This document shows, piece by piece, positions 1 through 10,890 of a stretch of 64,000 nucleotides of DNA; position 1 is the first letter of the stretch; every line of letters starts with the position of its first letter. Origin of the DNA: Picochlorum sp. SENEW3. Its lineage: Eukaryota. The position numbers and the translations under genes are program-made. The stretch covers positions 248,001 to 312,000 of the forward strand of contig CP120461.1 of assembly GCA_034226945.1 (NCBI GenBank), in the 5' to 3' direction. Below the pieces are notes generated by a model. It ran no database searches, was not told the DNA's origin, and saw nothing but the letters and a program-made list of their open reading frames with translations.

Positions 1-104
1 CCAGATTCAGACTCCTGCTCCTTTCCCTTGTGGTCACATGAATCTGCCGAGTCTTGCAACTCAACGTCATCAAATCGGCCAATGATGTCGTCAATGTCCT
101 CCAT
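1..104 (-). CDS. 5' fragment of an unknown acidic protein running off the window edge (MEDIDDIIGRFDDVELQDSADSCDHKGKEQESES...)
   Basis: ATG at 104 on the minus strand, with an open frame to the window edge and protein-like acidic composition. No family motif is visible. Confidence 0.4.
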   Translation of the reverse strand, partial: MEDIDDIIGRFDDVELQDSADSCDHKGKEQESES

Positions 105-840
105 ATTGAAAATACTGGTATTCAGGGATATAATGCGTCGTGTACAACCCAGAACGACCGATCATCTATAAGATGCTCGGACCAGACAACCAACAACAAC
201 ACCTCCTGGCTAGATACCTACCGAGTCCTCCCGCCAATATGTTCCTTGTCGTCGCCACCTGCGTATGGCATTTCAGTTCAAAATAAATTCAATTCGATCG
301 ACATGGATCCGTTGAACACAGCAAGAGCGACAAGGCAGCTGTTGTTGTTTCGACGACCAACGACCACCAACCCGTCTGGGTCAATCAAGGCACAACGCAC
401 CTCTCTTTGTACAATGCTACTCTCAAATCAATAAAAAGGTCTAATTGGATAAAATACTTTGCCTTGGACACTCGTATACGCACGTGCTACTCAGAGAAGG
501 ATTAAAACGTCTCTACGACAACGCAACAGACAAAAAGCGCCAACAGTTACGTCGTTTTCGTTAAACTGAACTTGTATAGGTGTATGTAATGTCAGAACAT
601 TATATCTATGCCATGAGCATGGCTGTATATGGAGGTTTGTACGACTGGTGGAAACCCTGATCCACAATAACGGGTTAGAGATCCGGTCAAATACCTCGTG
701 CGATGGGGGTGATGAGAGCCTTTCATCCGACGCGTGGCTGTCCTAGCCATTCAGAAAAAAGTGCCTTGATATTGCCACCTATCCGACGGATGAATCCATG
801 GCACAAGCCATCCAGCCAACTTCACTCAGAGAGGATGAAA

Positions 841-1899
841 TCAGCTGGCTTTCTGTAGAACCGACATGTACATAGGGCCCCATCCGAAATGGTCATCTGG
901 CATAGCCATCCACCCATGTCTGGTAGGTGTCACGTGTCCCATGGCAATAGATGACTGCTGATGTCGAACGGGTATGGCTCTAGCGATACGGGCAATATTC
1001 TCTTCATGGGATACAACGTGAACACCAGAGACTTTTGCGCATACCTTGTCAATCACACCGTCGTTTTGCTTTTCATTATCCAGAGAACATGTTGAGTACA
1101 CAAGTCGCCCATTATCCTTCAGGCTCTGTATTCCAGCCATGACCATGCGCACCTGCAGTGCTGCCATTCGTTTACATCGTGCTATAGACCAACTATCCTT
1201 TTGTATTCCTGCAATGCCCGTCGCACTCTGACCGAGGACGTGTCGCTCGTGTGTACAGGGAGCATCAATCAAAATTCTATCAAACAGCCTTCTGGATCCT
1301 CTTCTTCTCCATTCGACCTTTTTTTCTGCCGGCCGTCCCGTCACCATAATACGTCGAGAATCCATATACGAGGATCCAAAATAGGATGCCAGAACAGCCT
1401 GCAGCTTCTGCCGCCGTTTTGCACTAGGTTCATTGCATGTCAGGCTTCCGTGTGTTATGCCGTCATGCCTGAAAAGCATACGCCCAAGAATCCATGCTTT
1501 TCCACCAGGTGCAGCACATGCATCTAATACATCATGTCCATGTTGAACATCGAGCATTAAAGGCGGGATCAGGGATGCCATGTCCATCCAATACCATGCC
1601 AAAGTACCACTTGAGGTTCGAGGGGGCGGTGGCAGGAATACGTCCTTCTCCTCCTTAAGCGTGACCATGCCTGATGGAACGATCAGCTGTATATCCTCAT
1701 GATGAGATCCTTGGGGCCACCCGGTACCAAGAAGCTCCACTCCCGGAGTTCTTTCTACGAGCTCGACGGCATCACTGTTGTTCAGGAGGACACCAACAGC
1801 AGCAGCTGTCCTCGAGCGTGAGAGACCTGTCAGAATCTTCGCCCACCGTTGGGGCCCATATTGTCCAATGAAATACGATTCGAATGCCGACAACACCAT
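841..1899 (-). CDS. NOL1/NOP2/Sun (RsmB/NSUN3-4-like) RNA cytosine-C5 methyltransferase
   Basis: SAM-binding LDACAAPGGK, motif IV ILIDAPC, and motif VI LVYSTCS with both cysteines. Confidence 0.9.
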   Translation of the reverse strand: MVLSAFESYFIGQYGPQRWAKILTGLSRSRTAAAVGVLLNNSDAVELVERTPGVELLGTGWPQGSHHEDIQLIVPSGMVTLKEEKDVFLPPPPRTSSGTLAWYWMDMASLIPPLMLDVQHGHDVLDACAAPGGKAWILGRMLFRHDGITHGSLTCNEPSAKRRQKLQAVLASYFGSSYMDSRRIMVTGRPAEKKVEWRRRGSRRLFDRILIDAPCTHERHVLGQSATGIAGIQKDSWSIARCKRMAALQVRMVMAGIQSLKDNGRLVYSTCSLDNEKQNDGVIDKVCAKVSGVHVVSHEENIARIARAIPVRHQQSSIAMGHVTPTRHGWMAMPDDHFGWGPMYMSVLQKAS

Positions 1900-2231
1900 G
1901 GAGATTCCAGATTGCCGCAGTATTTTTCACATTTTCAAATCTACCTATTTTATGTGGACCTGAACTTGAAAACCAAAATAATTCAAGGATTGGCTCGCGT
2001 ACAGTGCAGTCATAGTTTCTTTTATTCTTCTACTCATAAAATCATAAAGGAATAAAGGAACTGTTGTAAATATAGAGTGTGCTGATGGCAGTTCACGGAA
2101 GTATTTGGCAATCAACTTTCGGGACACATTCCAACGCAACAGCGCTCTTGTCGTCTCATACCAGGATACGCAGTGAAAACGTAGTGCAATTGAATACACG
2201 GGTTTTTCAAGGGTGTAGAGATTCGACGGTG

Positions 2232-3648
2232 ATGCTCAGCCAGACGGTGCGACGGTTTGGTTCTACAAAGAGGATCTCACAGCCTCTGCTAGCGGCCTCC
2301 TGGGGATCAATCGACGGTGGTATTCTCACCCAGTCTCGCGGGTTTGCGAAGAAGACTGTGTCTGCTGTGGCGGATTCAACAGAGAGCGATGGATCGTCCA
2401 TGGATCCTTCAACTGAAGCACGGGTGTGTCACTCTTCCACATGTGTTTGATTCTTGTTGTTGCCATGAATGTGTTTCTTCAGACTATACTGTGTCACCTA
2501 TATGATGTAGGCAAAGGCATTGGATCAGGCATTGAAAGAGATTAATAATCGATTTGGAAAGAATAGTGTTATGAAATTGGGTGCAAACATGTTTGGTGAA
2601 GTGTACGTGTGCATTCTTGTGTGTCATGCATGGAGCACATTGTCGGTGTATACGCGATACCCATAATAATATCATCTATGATGACATTTGCAGGCAAAGC
2701 ACACCGAGTGGTGCATTGACGTTGGACCTTGCTCTGGGGGGAGGATACCCCAAGGGCCGTGTCATTGAAATCTATGGCCCAGAGAGCGCAGGAAAGACAA
2801 CGTTGGCACTTCACGCGCTCGCAGAAGTACAAAAACAAGGCGGTAATGTTGCTTTGATTGACGCAGAACACGCTTTCGACCCAGTCTTTGCCAAGCGCCT
2901 TGGGGTTGATATTGATTCCTTGTACCTGTGTCAGCCAGATTCTGGCGAAATGGCTCTTGAAGTAGCCGATCAGCTCATTCGAAGCTCAGCCATGGATATG
3001 ATTGCAGTAGACTCTGTCGCCGCTCTTGTCCCTCGAGCAGAAATCGAAGGCGAAATTGGCCAGCTCCAAGTCGGTGCACAGGCACGCTTGATGAGCGCAG
3101 CGCTCAGAAAGATTGCTGGAAACGCATCACGACATAACTGTTCAATCATCTTCCTCAACCAACTCCGCCAAAAAGTCGGAGTTATTTATGGAAACCCAGA
3201 AGTCACATCCGGAGGACAAGCACTCAAATATTACTCCTCTGTCAGGATGGAAGTACGAATCAAGGAGAGAATCGCCGGGTCAGATGGACAGATTGGCATC
3301 CGAGTAAAATCTAAAATCACAAAGAACAAGGTTGCACCACCGTACAAATTGGCAGAATTCGATGTCCTGTTTGGGTCGGGGATCTCTGTCAACGGATGCC
3401 TGTTGGATGCTGCTGAATCTGTTGGAGTGATTGTCCGCAGAGGATCATACTACTTTTACGGAGACGAGCGACTCGGACAAGGGCGAGATAAAACACTCGA
3501 AACGCTCAAAACAAACACGACACTTCGCGACACCATTGACTCGAAAACACGACAGGCACTTATTGGAACTGATGTGAATGACATGTATGATGAAGACGTC
3601 CCAGTCTCTGAGGAAGATGCAGAGGGTGCGGAACGCACTGCTGTGTAA
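2232..3648 (+). CDS. recA: Organellar (probably mitochondrial) RecA recombinase; exons 2232-2423, 2511-2602, 2694-3648
   Basis: Walker A GPESAGKTT, IDAEHA, VDSVAALVP, IFLNQLR, GGQALKYYSS and KNKVAPP. Exon 2 encodes the RecA N-terminal helix AKALDQALKEINNRFGKNSVMKLG. Both GT-AG introns keep the frame. Arg/Ser-rich presequence MLSQTVRRF...SRGFAKK. Confidence 0.95.
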
Positions 3649-3702
3649 TACTACTACTCAATTTCATACATTACAAAACAAAGGAATACAACTACTAGAA
3701 CA

Positions 3703-4185
3703 CTACGATGTGGTGCTTGGTGGCACCCATGCCTCATACTTTCTCCAAGACCTCCCGTGCTTTGGTGCTGCCCACGCACCCTTTGGCTGATACTTGGTCT
3801 CCCCAGAAAAACTCGGATGCTCCTTTGCTTCTAGATGATACCTTGGACGTTTAAATTCACCATTCGCAGGATTCTCATCCGTTATATAATGCAACCATCC
3901 GTGCCACTCTGGAGGCACCACCGTCGGGTTTTGGTTTGCATAGTGTGTAGACTCGGCATACACAACCCACCTATTCCTATTCGACTGCTCATCCACCTTT
4001 TCAAAATATTTATTGCCATGCTCATCCGTTCCAACCAATGTCGCACCAGGACCGTGTGCTACCACCGTTTCTGCGAGGTTGCCATCTATCACGACCTTCC
4101 AGCCACCTGCCTTTACTGCATCCAACAACGAACTCTTCTTCGTTGATGTACCCAGTGCTTGACCAAAGTGTTTAATTAACGACAT
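3703..4185 (-). CDS. NDUFA12: Complex I accessory subunit B17.2
   Basis: LVGTDEHGNKYFE, RNRWVVY and VPPEWHGWLH signature, plus a C-terminal YEAWVP. Confidence 0.92.
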   Translation of the reverse strand: MSLIKHFGQALGTSTKKSSLLDAVKAGGWKVVIDGNLAETVVAHGPGATLVGTDEHGNKYFEKVDEQSNRNRWVVYAESTHYANQNPTVVPPEWHGWLHYITDENPANGEFKRPRYHLEAKEHPSFSGETKYQPKGAWAAPKHGRSWRKYEAWVPPSTTS

Positions 4186-4215
4186 TGTCGTCGCAATAAT
4201 CCACGCTGGGAGGGT

Positions 4216-4246
4216 TTAATTAATTAATCAATTAATTAATTAATTG
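4216..4246. repeat. (TAAT)n run containing a perfect 18-bp palindrome CAATTAATTAATTAATTG (4229-4246)
   Basis: Read directly; lies just upstream of the NDUFA12 ATG. Confidence 0.8.
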
Positions 4247-4582
4247 CTGTTAGGTCGTCTCAGCCCGCAACAGGGGTATTCTATCGATCACGAGACTTTT
4301 CTTTTTCTTGTGTCAAAAAACAATACTGACAACAGTAGTAGATGGAAGCGGGTTGAGCACAGTGTCCAGGGATTGATCTCTCGCGACCAATCCTCTTCTT
4401 AAATAGAATATTAAGAAGAATTCTTCTTGGAAGAAGATCTGGTACTCCTCGTGACGGATGGCACCCTTGCATACGCAATACTAATACATATACAAACGGA
4501 CTGTTGTTTTCTGCCACAGAGTGACGATAGAGTGGTAGCTCAGGGCTGAGTTCTCAGAGCTTTACCAAGAAGAATTACAAGC

Positions 4583-5566
4583 ATGATGAGTTCTTTCTTA
4601 CCACAGCAGGCATCATGTTCGTATACGAACAGAACAATTAGAATCTCATGTCGCCATAATTCAAATACGAAACACCACGCTGGGCATGAGGATGGGGTAC
4701 TCGAATTGTCTGGCTCTCAGAGAACCGTAGGAAAGAGGAGGAGCAAGGCTGGGTCTTCTGGTGTCGCCAGAGACCGGCGTCGTGCGATTGTGTATGCTTC
4801 CAATGATGGCGATCGTGATCAGCAAATTGTAGAGAATGTGGATCGATCGTATTGTGACGATTTCGTGTGTACGTCGAGTCCGTCTGTGGAGCTGACTGTC
4901 AAGGCTCTTGCCAAGGATATTGAGCGTGGAAATGGTGTTTGGACAAAGAGTCTCATGGCAAAGGGGGTGGAGTACAAGGATGCATGGTGCTCTACGAATG
5001 GTGTTGATGATTTTCAGGTAGATGTCATCCCCAAATATTGCACACCGACGGAGGATGTTCGGGTGACGAGGATGAGGATGGTTGATCAGGCCACAGCCTC
5101 CATAGAGTGGTCTGTTGTTGGGACTATCAAGGGTATCGGTCCGTTGTCTGGAACGCCTGTGGCTGTAGATATGACAACGACGATAGAAATGAATTTATTG
5201 ACTGGTCAAATTGAAAAGAGAGAGGATACATGGAAGATGGCGTCTCGATCGTCTCTGCAAGGTCGGCTTGCGTGGAATCTGGCCAGAGCAGTGTGGGGCT
5301 CTGTTGTTCGGAGTCGAATGGCGAGGAAGACGTCGGCGAATTTGATAGAAAAATCAATCGACAGTGTGATGGGATCCATGGATGACGATGAGGATGCTAT
5401 GAGCTCATATCAAGCTGATCCAATGGATCCCATGAAGTTTTTCCAACAGAATGATTCCTTCAAGGACGATGCCATTGCGCTGTGCATCTTCCTCCTAGTC
5501 ATGTACATCATCATCACAGGATATTCCACCGTATTTTCATCATCTTCATCATCCTCTCCATTTTAA
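4583..5566 (+). CDS. Conserved plastid-targeted protein with an NTF2/SnoaL-like (DUF2358-type) domain and a C-terminal TM helix
   Basis: Transit-peptide-like N-terminus, SYCDDFVCTSSP motif recalled from a conserved green-lineage family, MNLLTGQI, DPMKFFQQ and a hydrophobic C-terminal helix. Confidence 0.7.
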   Translation: MMSSFLPQQASCSYTNRTIRISCRHNSNTKHHAGHEDGVLELSGSQRTVGKRRSKAGSSGVARDRRRAIVYASNDGDRDQQIVENVDRSYCDDFVCTSSPSVELTVKALAKDIERGNGVWTKSLMAKGVEYKDAWCSTNGVDDFQVDVIPKYCTPTEDVRVTRMRMVDQATASIEWSVVGTIKGIGPLSGTPVAVDMTTTIEMNLLTGQIEKREDTWKMASRSSLQGRLAWNLARAVWGSVVRSRMARKTSANLIEKSIDSVMGSMDDDEDAMSSYQADPMDPMKFFQQNDSFKDDAIALCIFLLVMYIIITGYSTVFSSSSSSSPF

Positions 5567-5666
5567 TTTTTAATAGTGATACTATAATGCGGGAGAATAT
5601 ATGGTACACATGTTTTCATAATGACAGTGTGATACAGAGTGAGTTCTAGTCTCTTCTGAAGTATGC

Positions 5667-5685
5667 CACGCGTGCTGACGTCAGC
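5667..5685. promoter_or_regulatory. Adjacent CACGCGTG (CGCG-box) and GCTGACGTCAGC (TGACGTCA, C-box/CRE-type bZIP site) palindromes
   Basis: Two abutting perfect palindromes about 125 bp upstream of the ATG at 5810. The function is inferred only. Confidence 0.3.
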
Positions 5686-5809
5686 TGCTGCTGTGCAGTG
5701 ACACTGACGACAGCGGTCTCGATCAATCCCACAAACGCGGAATCTCCTGCATAGTTGTCCATATCATACACATTTTTAGATGGTGCATATAATAATAGTC
5801 TAATCACAA

Positions 5810-7406
5810 ATGAAACGTATGAATTCCTTGCGGCAATTCTTCAGAATAAAACCACCAACCTGGGTGGCTTTCAACCTTGTGTTGACCGTGGCAACACGCT
5901 GTCACGCCAGCACGGATATTGCACAGTTTGGAGGTACTGTGTTTTTGGGTGGAGATTGGGACTGGTTACCTGGTATAGATGGAGAGGGGGTGAAGAGTAG
6001 GTGCGAGCAGGGCTTGGATAGATTGGCAAGCCACGGCGTGTCCCGCGTGCAGTTTGCAGTGACATTCTTCTGGGACGATATTGGCCCGTTAAATCCTCCT
6101 GAGGGATTTGATTTTTCGTGTAAAAACGCGGATTTGGGCTCATACTACTGCTACAATAGATTTAATGCTACAAAAGTATCACACTGGTGTTTCCACAGAC
6201 CCCCATTTGATCAGATGCCTCTAGATGCAAGGTCTGTGGGGTGCGCCGAGGTGACGAATGATGAGATTGATAGTTTCAAGTATCATGTGGGTTCTTGCAT
6301 ACAAAAGGCTGTGGAGATGGGATTTGAAGATCTGGTATGTGTGTGTCTTGCTCTCTTGCTTCTTCTTTCCTCTTTTCTTCTTGTCCATGCATTATACTGT
6401 GCGTGTTCAGGAAGTGAATGTTCGAGTAGACGATGGAAAGTCTTTGGAAGGCTGGAGGAACACCTTGCTGTTTTCTCCAACCCAAGAATATGGCCAGTTT
6501 TCATATGAGACTGCCATCTTGAACACCATTGCAGACATATTGGTGGAATCTGTACAGAGCTCAGATGATGTCCAGCTAGCTTTTACCCTCCAAGGAGAAA
6601 TGGGTGCGACAATATTCTTCTTCGCGGATGAATGGATGGATGTGATGGATAGAATACGAGATGGAATAGATTCTCAGAGATCAGAGGATGCCCCTCCAGT
6701 GAAGATTGGGATCCATCAAAACAATGCAAAGCTGTGTGGGTGTTTCCAAGTAGGTTTTGAGGGACCTCATGATGAGTATATCGCCATGCTCGATGATATG
6801 GACACGTCTCTGATGGATTTCGAGTCAATACGACAGCTCTATGCCAGTGCTGATTATCTGGGTATTTCAGCATATATTCCCATGAAGTCTGCCACGTTTG
6901 ATCTCTGCGACTTTGAAGGTCTTCTCGAGCGAACTGACATCGAGCTATCCTACTTTAATCTATCACTCAAGGAGATTACGGGGCCCTTTGACACCCGTTT
7001 ACACTACAGTGAGTTTGGTGTGGGAGGAGGTTCTTCAAACTCTGGCAAAACACCAGCAGTCACGGCGACTCAAGCAGCCCGTTATCCATACTATGGGATT
7101 CATGGAAAACATACGTGTGAGAATGATCCATTCCGCATGTGCGAGTGCGATGCGATGGGAATATGCCCCACTGAAAATCCTGTCCGAGAGTACAGACGCT
7201 CCTACTTTGACCAATTCTCCACCTATCTGTCCCAGGGTGGCTGCCGATATCACAACATCGAGGTGGTCTATGTGTGGGGTACTGGATCATGGGATGTCCT
7301 CGGGGTGTATCCTCCAGATCGTTCATGGGAAGACCCAGTCGTTATTGAAACCATACGTCAGCACAATCTGAACGCAACGAGGCAAACTGTGTCTCCGCTC
7401 GAATGA
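5810..7406 (+). CDS. Secreted TIM-barrel glycoside-hydrolase-like protein (clan GH-A-like); exons 5810-6334, 6411-7406
   Basis: Signal-peptide-like N-terminus. Intron GTATGT...TTCAG (6335-6410) joins the two ORFs in phase 0. Candidate catalytic glutamates in LQGEMG and YSEFGVGGG, plus DYLGISAY. Confidence 0.65.
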
Positions 7407-8046
7407 CAGTCTCGATGGGACGAGCCCTTGAAGGTCTGTCAGTGACAGAATCTTTTTTACACTGGTGCCACGGGGTGGAGAGACACAGAAATATTTAACT
7501 CAAGTTCTACGTAATATTTAAGATATTGGAGTATAAAGAACATATTCGTACGTTACTTGCGTTGTCGTGTTGTTTGTGATGTGAACAACGGTTCGCGGGA
7601 ATCTTTTTTCTCGTACCTCCGTGGTATCATATTCGGGCACGGGTTGGTCGGGAATGCATATGAAATCAAGTATTTATTACACATGTACTACTGTGGAAGG
7701 GAGGGAGGGTAACGGAAGTGTGCCATGTGGTGACCTACCTCGGGTCATACTTGACAGCGAAGGTGACAGCCCGAGGACTATTTTGGGCGCCCTTGAAATT
7801 GAATTCCGTCATGATGCCCCCATGTCCCCATATAGTTTGATAGTCTTCCTATAGGAAATAATGACCTATTCTTATTATATTGTGTTGCTTACAGAAGACG
7901 CGTGGTAGGGTTGATCGAGAAAGTACTACTACTACCATTTCAGAGGTGTCCCCTTGCTGACTGTGCATGCTTGTTGCGACATAGAAGCGGGAAGGACGTT
8001 TTTTTTTTCTTGCTGAAACGAATACTATCGTAACTGAGTATTGACT

Positions 8047-10314
8047 ATGGTGCTGCCTGTGGCTGTGCCCAAGCATGCGGCGCACAGTATGCTTCAGTCA
8101 ACTGGGAGTCAGCAAATGCCTACTGTTGTAGGGTCTCCGACAAACCCAGTTGGATACTCTGGACAGAATGGTTCGGGTTCAGTAAAATGCCATTCTGTTG
8201 CATCGGGAAACATCAATGGAACATCAGCTGGATCGTTTCGGTCGTCATTGTCGAGATCTTCGTCGACGAAAAGCAGAGGAGGATCCTTCAAGTGGAACAT
8301 GTCTGGGGGTCGGGGAGAGTATGGCAGTCGCGTGACCGAGTCGTTCGTGAAGATTGAAGGTTTTCGGTATAATGGAAAAGAATCTTCTGAGAGCAACAAG
8401 AATGATAATGTAGCATCTGGCAAGATTCAGCGGGATCCCAGTGGGAACTCGCTGTTGACACGAGAACTCTCATTGGAGAACCTGCACATCAAGGAGACGC
8501 GCATCTCGTCAAGTTGGTCTGCTGCATCCACCGCTGGTTCTTCTCCAATGTACAGTAATAACAGCCAAAGTACTGCGTTCTCACTTCAGTTGCCCACCCT
8601 TGAGCCATCACCAGCCCCTGGATTGAGGAACACACCCCTTCTGTCCATGTCTCCATCATCTGTGCCAGAGTCAATGCTGTTGGAATTGCAGAAGAAGCAC
8701 TCTGTGTTCAACGAGCCATTGGTTGCACGGGCATTTAATATTGCTCGCTTGGCCCATGATGGGCAGGTGAATGTTGGAGCAAGGCCAGGTCCAACCTTTG
8801 AAAAGTGCGTGGCAGCTTCATTGATATTGGCAGACCTTGGAGCAGATGAGGCAGCAGTCTCGTCGGCCCTCTTGCATGACTGTCTTGATGAAAGCATGCT
8901 GGATGAAGCACAGTTGAGATCCATGCTTGGTTCTGAAAGAACTGTCAAGGTTGTGAAGAGTGTATCTCACCTTTCGTATCTTTCTGAACGGTTTGAGGAA
9001 ACCATGCCAATGGCCATGACGCTTTGTGCCCCCCATGAAACCTCCCAAGAGTGCCTTGACTTGATTGCATTGATGTTGGCTCACGCGTCTCCGCGATCCC
9101 TGCTTGTTCGACTGGGGGTTGCCTTGGCTGAGATGAAAATCTGTGCATCTGCTGTGAAACAGTCGGATACCATGGTTCACGATCCATACGTGAGGAAGGT
9201 GGCTCACGAGGCAATGAACATATGGGCCCCTCTTGCAAATCGATTGGGCGTATGGTCTATCAAATCCCAATTGGAAGACTTGAGTTTCAGTTGTCTGCTG
9301 CCAGAGGAGCACACACACCTTCAGCAGCGACTCTCCAAAGCGCAAGAGCCAACTGCCCTGGTTGGTTTAATGGATAATTTGAGAGGAGCACTGCAAAAGA
9401 ATGATGTCGAGTACCTTGATCTGTCTGGAAGACCAAAGCACCTTTGGGGGGTGTGGTGCAAAATGCAGAAGAAGGGGTATTCTGCAGAGAGAGTTCAGGA
9501 TGTCAGAGGCCTCCGTGTTATTGTCCATTCCAGAGAAGATTGTTACAAGACTTTGAGGGCTGTGGAAAAATCTTGGAAGGTTGTTGGATCGTCGAAGAAT
9601 TACATCAAAGACCCAAAGAAGAATGGATATCAATCACTGCATGTGATTGCGGACCCAGGAGATGGTCATCTTGTGGAAATCCAGATTAGGACAGATAAGA
9701 TGCATTATCTTGCAGAATACGGAGCAGATGCTTCTCATTGGAAGTACAAAGAACTGGCATTTGAAGACAAGGATTCTTCGCCATGCGATGTTGCCAAGGA
9801 AGCCAATTGGGCCAAGTTCATCACGCAAAAACATGTATCAATGGACAAAAAGTACAGGCCATCTGGGTCTCCTTCCGAGGATAAGAGTTTGGAAATGATC
9901 ATGGCTGGTTTGCATGAGAAAACAAACAGCGAGAAAGAAGAGAAAGATGGCAAGAAAGGCCGTTCTTTCCAAGAATATATTGAGGAAAGTGGCCAGGCGG
10001 TGGCTCCTCCTGGAGACAGGCGTGTCATGGTGGCAGTGATTGCTGCTGGCGTCTTCAAAGTGGAAGCCCTTCCTCACGGCACCACCATTGGCCAAGTCTT
10101 GGACAGCCAAGCAAGGATGAATGCCTCGACACCCGGATCAACGAGGAAGATGACTGTCAACAGAAGAGAAGATCAGGACGCTGCCACACTTGTTCGGACT
10201 GGAGATGTCCTGGAGATTCACACAGAACCTTACGTCGCACCCATCTTTGTACAAAACAACTCTTTACCCTTGGGTGGACTAGCGCAGAAATTAAAGCAAT
10301 CACCAATGCCGTGA
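8047..10314 (+). CDS. RSH: RelA/SpoT homologue, (p)ppGpp synthetase with degenerate HD domain and a TGS-like C-terminus
   Basis: WAPLANRLGVWSIKSQLEDLSF, GRPKHL, DVRGLRVI, PKKNGYQSLH, VEIQIRT, AEYGADASHWKYK and ALLHD. Confidence 0.92.
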   Translation: MVLPVAVPKHAAHSMLQSTGSQQMPTVVGSPTNPVGYSGQNGSGSVKCHSVASGNINGTSAGSFRSSLSRSSSTKSRGGSFKWNMSGGRGEYGSRVTESFVKIEGFRYNGKESSESNKNDNVASGKIQRDPSGNSLLTRELSLENLHIKETRISSSWSAASTAGSSPMYSNNSQSTAFSLQLPTLEPSPAPGLRNTPLLSMSPSSVPESMLLELQKKHSVFNEPLVARAFNIARLAHDGQVNVGARPGPTFEKCVAASLILADLGADEAAVSSALLHDCLDESMLDEAQLRSMLGSERTVKVVKSVSHLSYLSERFEETMPMAMTLCAPHETSQECLDLIALMLAHASPRSLLVRLGVALAEMKICASAVKQSDTMVHDPYVRKVAHEAMNIWAPLANRLGVWSIKSQLEDLSFSCLLPEEHTHLQQRLSKAQEPTALVGLMDNLRGALQKNDVEYLDLSGRPKHLWGVWCKMQKKGYSAERVQDVRGLRVIVHSREDCYKTLRAVEKSWKVVGSSKNYIKDPKKNGYQSLHVIADPGDGHLVEIQIRTDKMHYLAEYGADASHWKYKELAFEDKDSSPCDVAKEANWAKFITQKHVSMDKKYRPSGSPSEDKSLEMIMAGLHEKTNSEKEEKDGKKGRSFQEYIEESGQAVAPPGDRRVMVAVIAAGVFKVEALPHGTTIGQVLDSQARMNASTPGSTRKMTVNRREDQDAATLVRTGDVLEIHTEPYVAPIFVQNNSLPLGGLAQKLKQSPMP

Positions 10315-10890
10315 TGAGTGTCCCTTGAACGTTGGGGAGCAAACATATGTACTGTAGCATGACAGAAAAAGATGAAGAAAGCATGTACCACTACTATATA
10401 CCGTACTCGTCTCTGGACGAATGTTTGAAATACCAGTGCCTGAACTCGGTGCACACAGACTGTAGAGTATAGTGCTGATTGTTGTTTTGACCACCATGGC
10501 AAGACGTTATCATGCATATACTATGTATCATACTTTGTATAATGTAATAATTGTAACATCCAACAGTGCTCTAATGTATGCACAGATTGGCATATGAATC
10601 ATTGCTGACAATGGGCGAGGCAATGCAAGACTTTGATTTTTCCTTTTCAGGAGCTTGTTGTTGATGCCCCGATGGCCTCATCTGTGTCGTGAATCTTGCA
10701 GATTTTCCGTGCCATGATTTGATTCAGTTGGCCAAACACGCATTGCATGCATTAATTCATATTTATAACACCATTTGGCTTTATTTTTGCGTAGAGCATC
10801 GGAGAAAAGGACAGGGTTTCGCAATCTTGTTGTTGCACCAAAATCTCTTCTCCTCATTTATTCCTCTAGTACCAACAGATTGAATCCGAT

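Noticed and set aside
600..840. Telomerase RNA or snoRNA candidate (AAACCCTGA, CTAACCC, GTGATGA)
   Set aside because: The template-like stretches are shorter than about 1.5 telomere repeats, and there is no matching box D or terminal stem. Most simply the NSUN 3'UTR or a promoter.
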